Shown here piece after piece: positions 22,368 to 24,000 of a stretch of 24,000 nucleotides of DNA. Within the stretch, counting starts at the first letter, position 1. Every line of letters begins with the position of its first letter. A program made the translations under genes and the position numbers. Source of the stretch: Halopelagius inordinatus (GTDB lineage Archaea; Halobacteriota; Halobacteria; Halobacteriales; Haloferacaceae); NCBI RefSeq assembly GCF_900113245.1, contig NZ_FOOQ01000002.1:632881-656880 (forward strand). The letters are read 5' to 3'. A model generated the notes under the pieces. That model had not been told where the DNA came from. It ran no database searches and was given only the letters and a program-made list of their open reading frames with translations.

Positions 22368-24000
22368 AGTGAGTCACCGCCGTCGGGGACCGGGTCGTCT
22401 TCGCTGTCGGGTGCGACCTCTTCGCTTCGGGTCCGCATCGTCACGAGCACGAGAATGGCGAGTGCGGCGACCGTGACGACGAGTAGTTCACCCAGCGTGT
22501 CGAACGCCCGGAAGTCCACGAGGATGACGTTGACAATGTTCGCTCCGCCGCCGCCCGGAACCGCCTGTTCGGTGTAGTACGCGGCGACGCTCGTCGGATC
22601 GGCGTCGGGGCCGGGCGCAGTCGAGAGCACGGCGACGAACGCCATCGCCCCTACGAGAACCGACACGCCCGCGTCGCGAGCGAGCACCAGCGGTTGGATG
22701 TCCGAGTAGAACGACGGCAATCGCTGGAGGACGAGCAGGAATATCAAGAGGACGAGCGTCTCGACGACGAGTTGCGTCAGCGCCAGGTCCGGCGCGCTCG
22801 CGAGGATGAAGAAGATGGCGATCATGAACCCGAGAATCGACAGCGTGAGCACGCCAGCGACGTGAGACGAGGCGATCGTCACCGCCACGCCGGCGAGGAC
22901 GGCGATCGTCAACACGATGGTCACCGCGAGGGGCACGCCGAGTCCGCTCACTTCGGGAACCACCCCGACCGCGGCGAAGCCGGCGAGTGCGAGCAGGCTC
23001 CCGGCCGCGGCAACCCACGTCACGTACGTCCGCAGGAGGCCGTTGTGAACGAACGCCCCGAACCGGGCGCTCGTCGTCTCGGCCGTCGAGACGACCCAGT
23101 CGTACCACCCGCTCGGCCGCACGGGAACCGGAGCCTCGACGCCGCGTCCGACGAGTGCCGCGAGACGACCCGTGAACGGGTACGCGGCGAGTCCGCCGAC
23201 GACGGCGACCGCGGACATCCCCACCGGGGGTGTGAAGTGAGTCGGGAGCCCCACTTCGAGGTTCGCCTCGCCGGTGGCGGTGGCTTCGACGGCCGATTGG
23301 ACGATAGCGTCGACCGCCAGTTGCGGGGCGACGCTGACGACGGCCGCCGCGGCGGCCAACACGGCGGGGGGTGCGACGAGTGCGACCGGCGGTCGGTGGA
23401 TGTCGGCGACGGGCGCTCGCCGTTCGCCGAAGAACATCGCGAGGAACTTCACCGAGTAGACGACGGTGAACACGCTCGCGACCGTCGCCACGGCGGGGTA
23501 CAGCCAGGCGAGTCCGCCGGCCTCGTGGGCGACTTCGTAGGCCGCCTCGAACAGCAGTTCCTTCGAGTAAAAGCCGTTGAACGGCGGGATTCCGGCCATG
23601 CTCAGCGCGGCTACCACGGTGACGGCCGCCGTCACCGGAAGCTCTCGCCAGAGTCCCCCCAGTTCGTCGAGACTTCGGGTTCCGACCTCGTGAGCCACGA
23701 TTCCCGCCACGAGAAACAGCGGTGCCTTGAACAGCGCGTGGTTGAGCAGGTGGAACGCGCCGGCTTCGCCGCCGTAGACGATGTCGAATCCGAAGCCCGC
23801 GACCATCAACCCGAGGTGACTCGCCGTCGAGTAGGCGAGCAACTCCTTGATGTCGGTCGCGGCCACCGCCAAAAGCGCCCCGACGGTCATCGTCAGGAGT
23901 CCGAGCGTCGCGACGAGAAGCACCCACTCCGGGCTCATCAGGAGGGGGCGCACGCGCCCGAGGAAGTAGACGCCGACCTTGACCATCGTCGCCGAGTGGA
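22364..24000 (-). CDS. mrpA: Mrp/Mnh antiporter subunit A, C-terminal ~545 codons; the 5' end is beyond the window
   Basis: The frame stays open to the window end: the codons upstream of the listed Met read H-S-A-T-M-V-K-V-G-V-Y, which is the conserved NuoL/MrpA block. The Met at 23986 is therefore internal. The C-terminal part carries the MnhB-like IVNVILVDFRAFDTLGE block typical of MrpA. Confidence 0.9.
   Translation of the reverse strand, partial: HSATMVKVGVYFLGRVRPLLMSPEWVLLVATLGLLTMTVGALLAVAATDIKELLAYSTASHLGLMVAGFGFDIVYGGEAGAFHLLNHALFKAPLFLVAGIVAHEVGTRSLDELGGLWRELPVTAAVTVVAALSMAGIPPFNGFYSKELLFEAAYEVAHEAGGLAWLYPAVATVASVFTVVYSVKFLAMFFGERRAPVADIHRPPVALVAPPAVLAAAAAVVSVAPQLAVDAIVQSAVEATATGEANLEVGLPTHFTPPVGMSAVAVVGGLAAYPFTGRLAALVGRGVEAPVPVRPSGWYDWVVSTAETTSARFGAFVHNGLLRTYVTWVAAAGSLLALAGFAAVGVVPEVSGLGVPLAVTIVLTIAVLAGVAVTIASSHVAGVLTLSILGFMIAIFFILASAPDLALTQLVVETLVLLIFLLVLQRLPSFYSDIQPLVLARDAGVSVLVGAMAFVAVLSTAPGPDADPTSVAAYYTEQAVPGGGGANIVNVILVDFRAFDTLGELLVVTVAALAILVLVTMRTRSEEVAPDSEDDPVPDGGDSL

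Noticed and set aside
17041-23927. Arg-rich alternative frames across nhaC and the mrp operon (for example 17102..18112, 18547..19170, 19250..19921, 19957..21534, 21853..22377, 22488..23927)
   Set aside because: These out-of-frame translations of hydrophobic membrane-protein genes have Arg/Gly/Pro composition. The chosen frames give coherent TM proteins with Mnh/NhaC signatures.
1-24000. A search by eye for CRISPR arrays, IS elements or transposases, integrases, toxin-antitoxin pairs, tRNA or rRNA genes, inteins and obvious compositional islands
   Set aside because: I saw no regularly spaced direct repeats, no terminal inverted repeats flanking a transposase-like ORF, no recombinase motifs and no tRNA-like cloverleaf candidates. 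The AT-rich islands are short and coincide with promoters or terminators. A manual scan cannot exclude small or degenerate elements.

Overview
This is a high-GC (about 65%) chromosomal segment from a haloarchaeon (class Halobacteria). Supporting signs are an acidic Asp/Glu-rich proteome, GC-rich third codon positions, and TATA-like boxes about 27 nt upstream of many start codons, which is the leaderless-mRNA architecture. I support about 29 coding regions. In order they are: partial moeA (-), hsp20 and an ABC1/UbiB-type kinase (+), a small membrane protein (+), a hypothetical (-), the aIF5A-agmatinase pair (+), a possible zinc-ribbon micro-ORF (-), a hypothetical (-), a possible 36-aa basic micro-ORF (-) and NIF3 (+). 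Then come an htrII-sopII phototaxis pair (+), deoxyhypusine synthase (+), a secreted polysaccharide-deacetylase-like protein (-), an orphan GIY-YIG-like protein (-), a SHOCT membrane protein (+), an aldo/keto reductase (+), a questionable 78-codon ORF (+), a FAH-family hydrolase (+), a PRC-barrel protein (+) and NhaC (-). The window ends with a complete mrpGFEDCB operon plus a 5'-truncated mrpA on the minus strand. By eye I found no rRNA, tRNA, CRISPR array, transposase, integrase or IS termini. I do not see a convincing multi-gene novel system; most of the window is conserved housekeeping, transport and sensing. The items most worth follow-up are: (1) the orphan GIY-YIG-like gene; (2) an ~80-bp diverged direct repeat with conserved hairpin arms bracketing the PRC-barrel gene; (3) two unannotated micro-ORFs (zinc ribbon, highly basic peptide); (4) a structured 480-bp gap upstream of the FAH gene; and (5) the SRII/HtrII pair sitting inside the aIF5A-agmatinase-DHS hypusination neighbourhood. 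All calls rest on motif recognition and hand translation. No database search was run.
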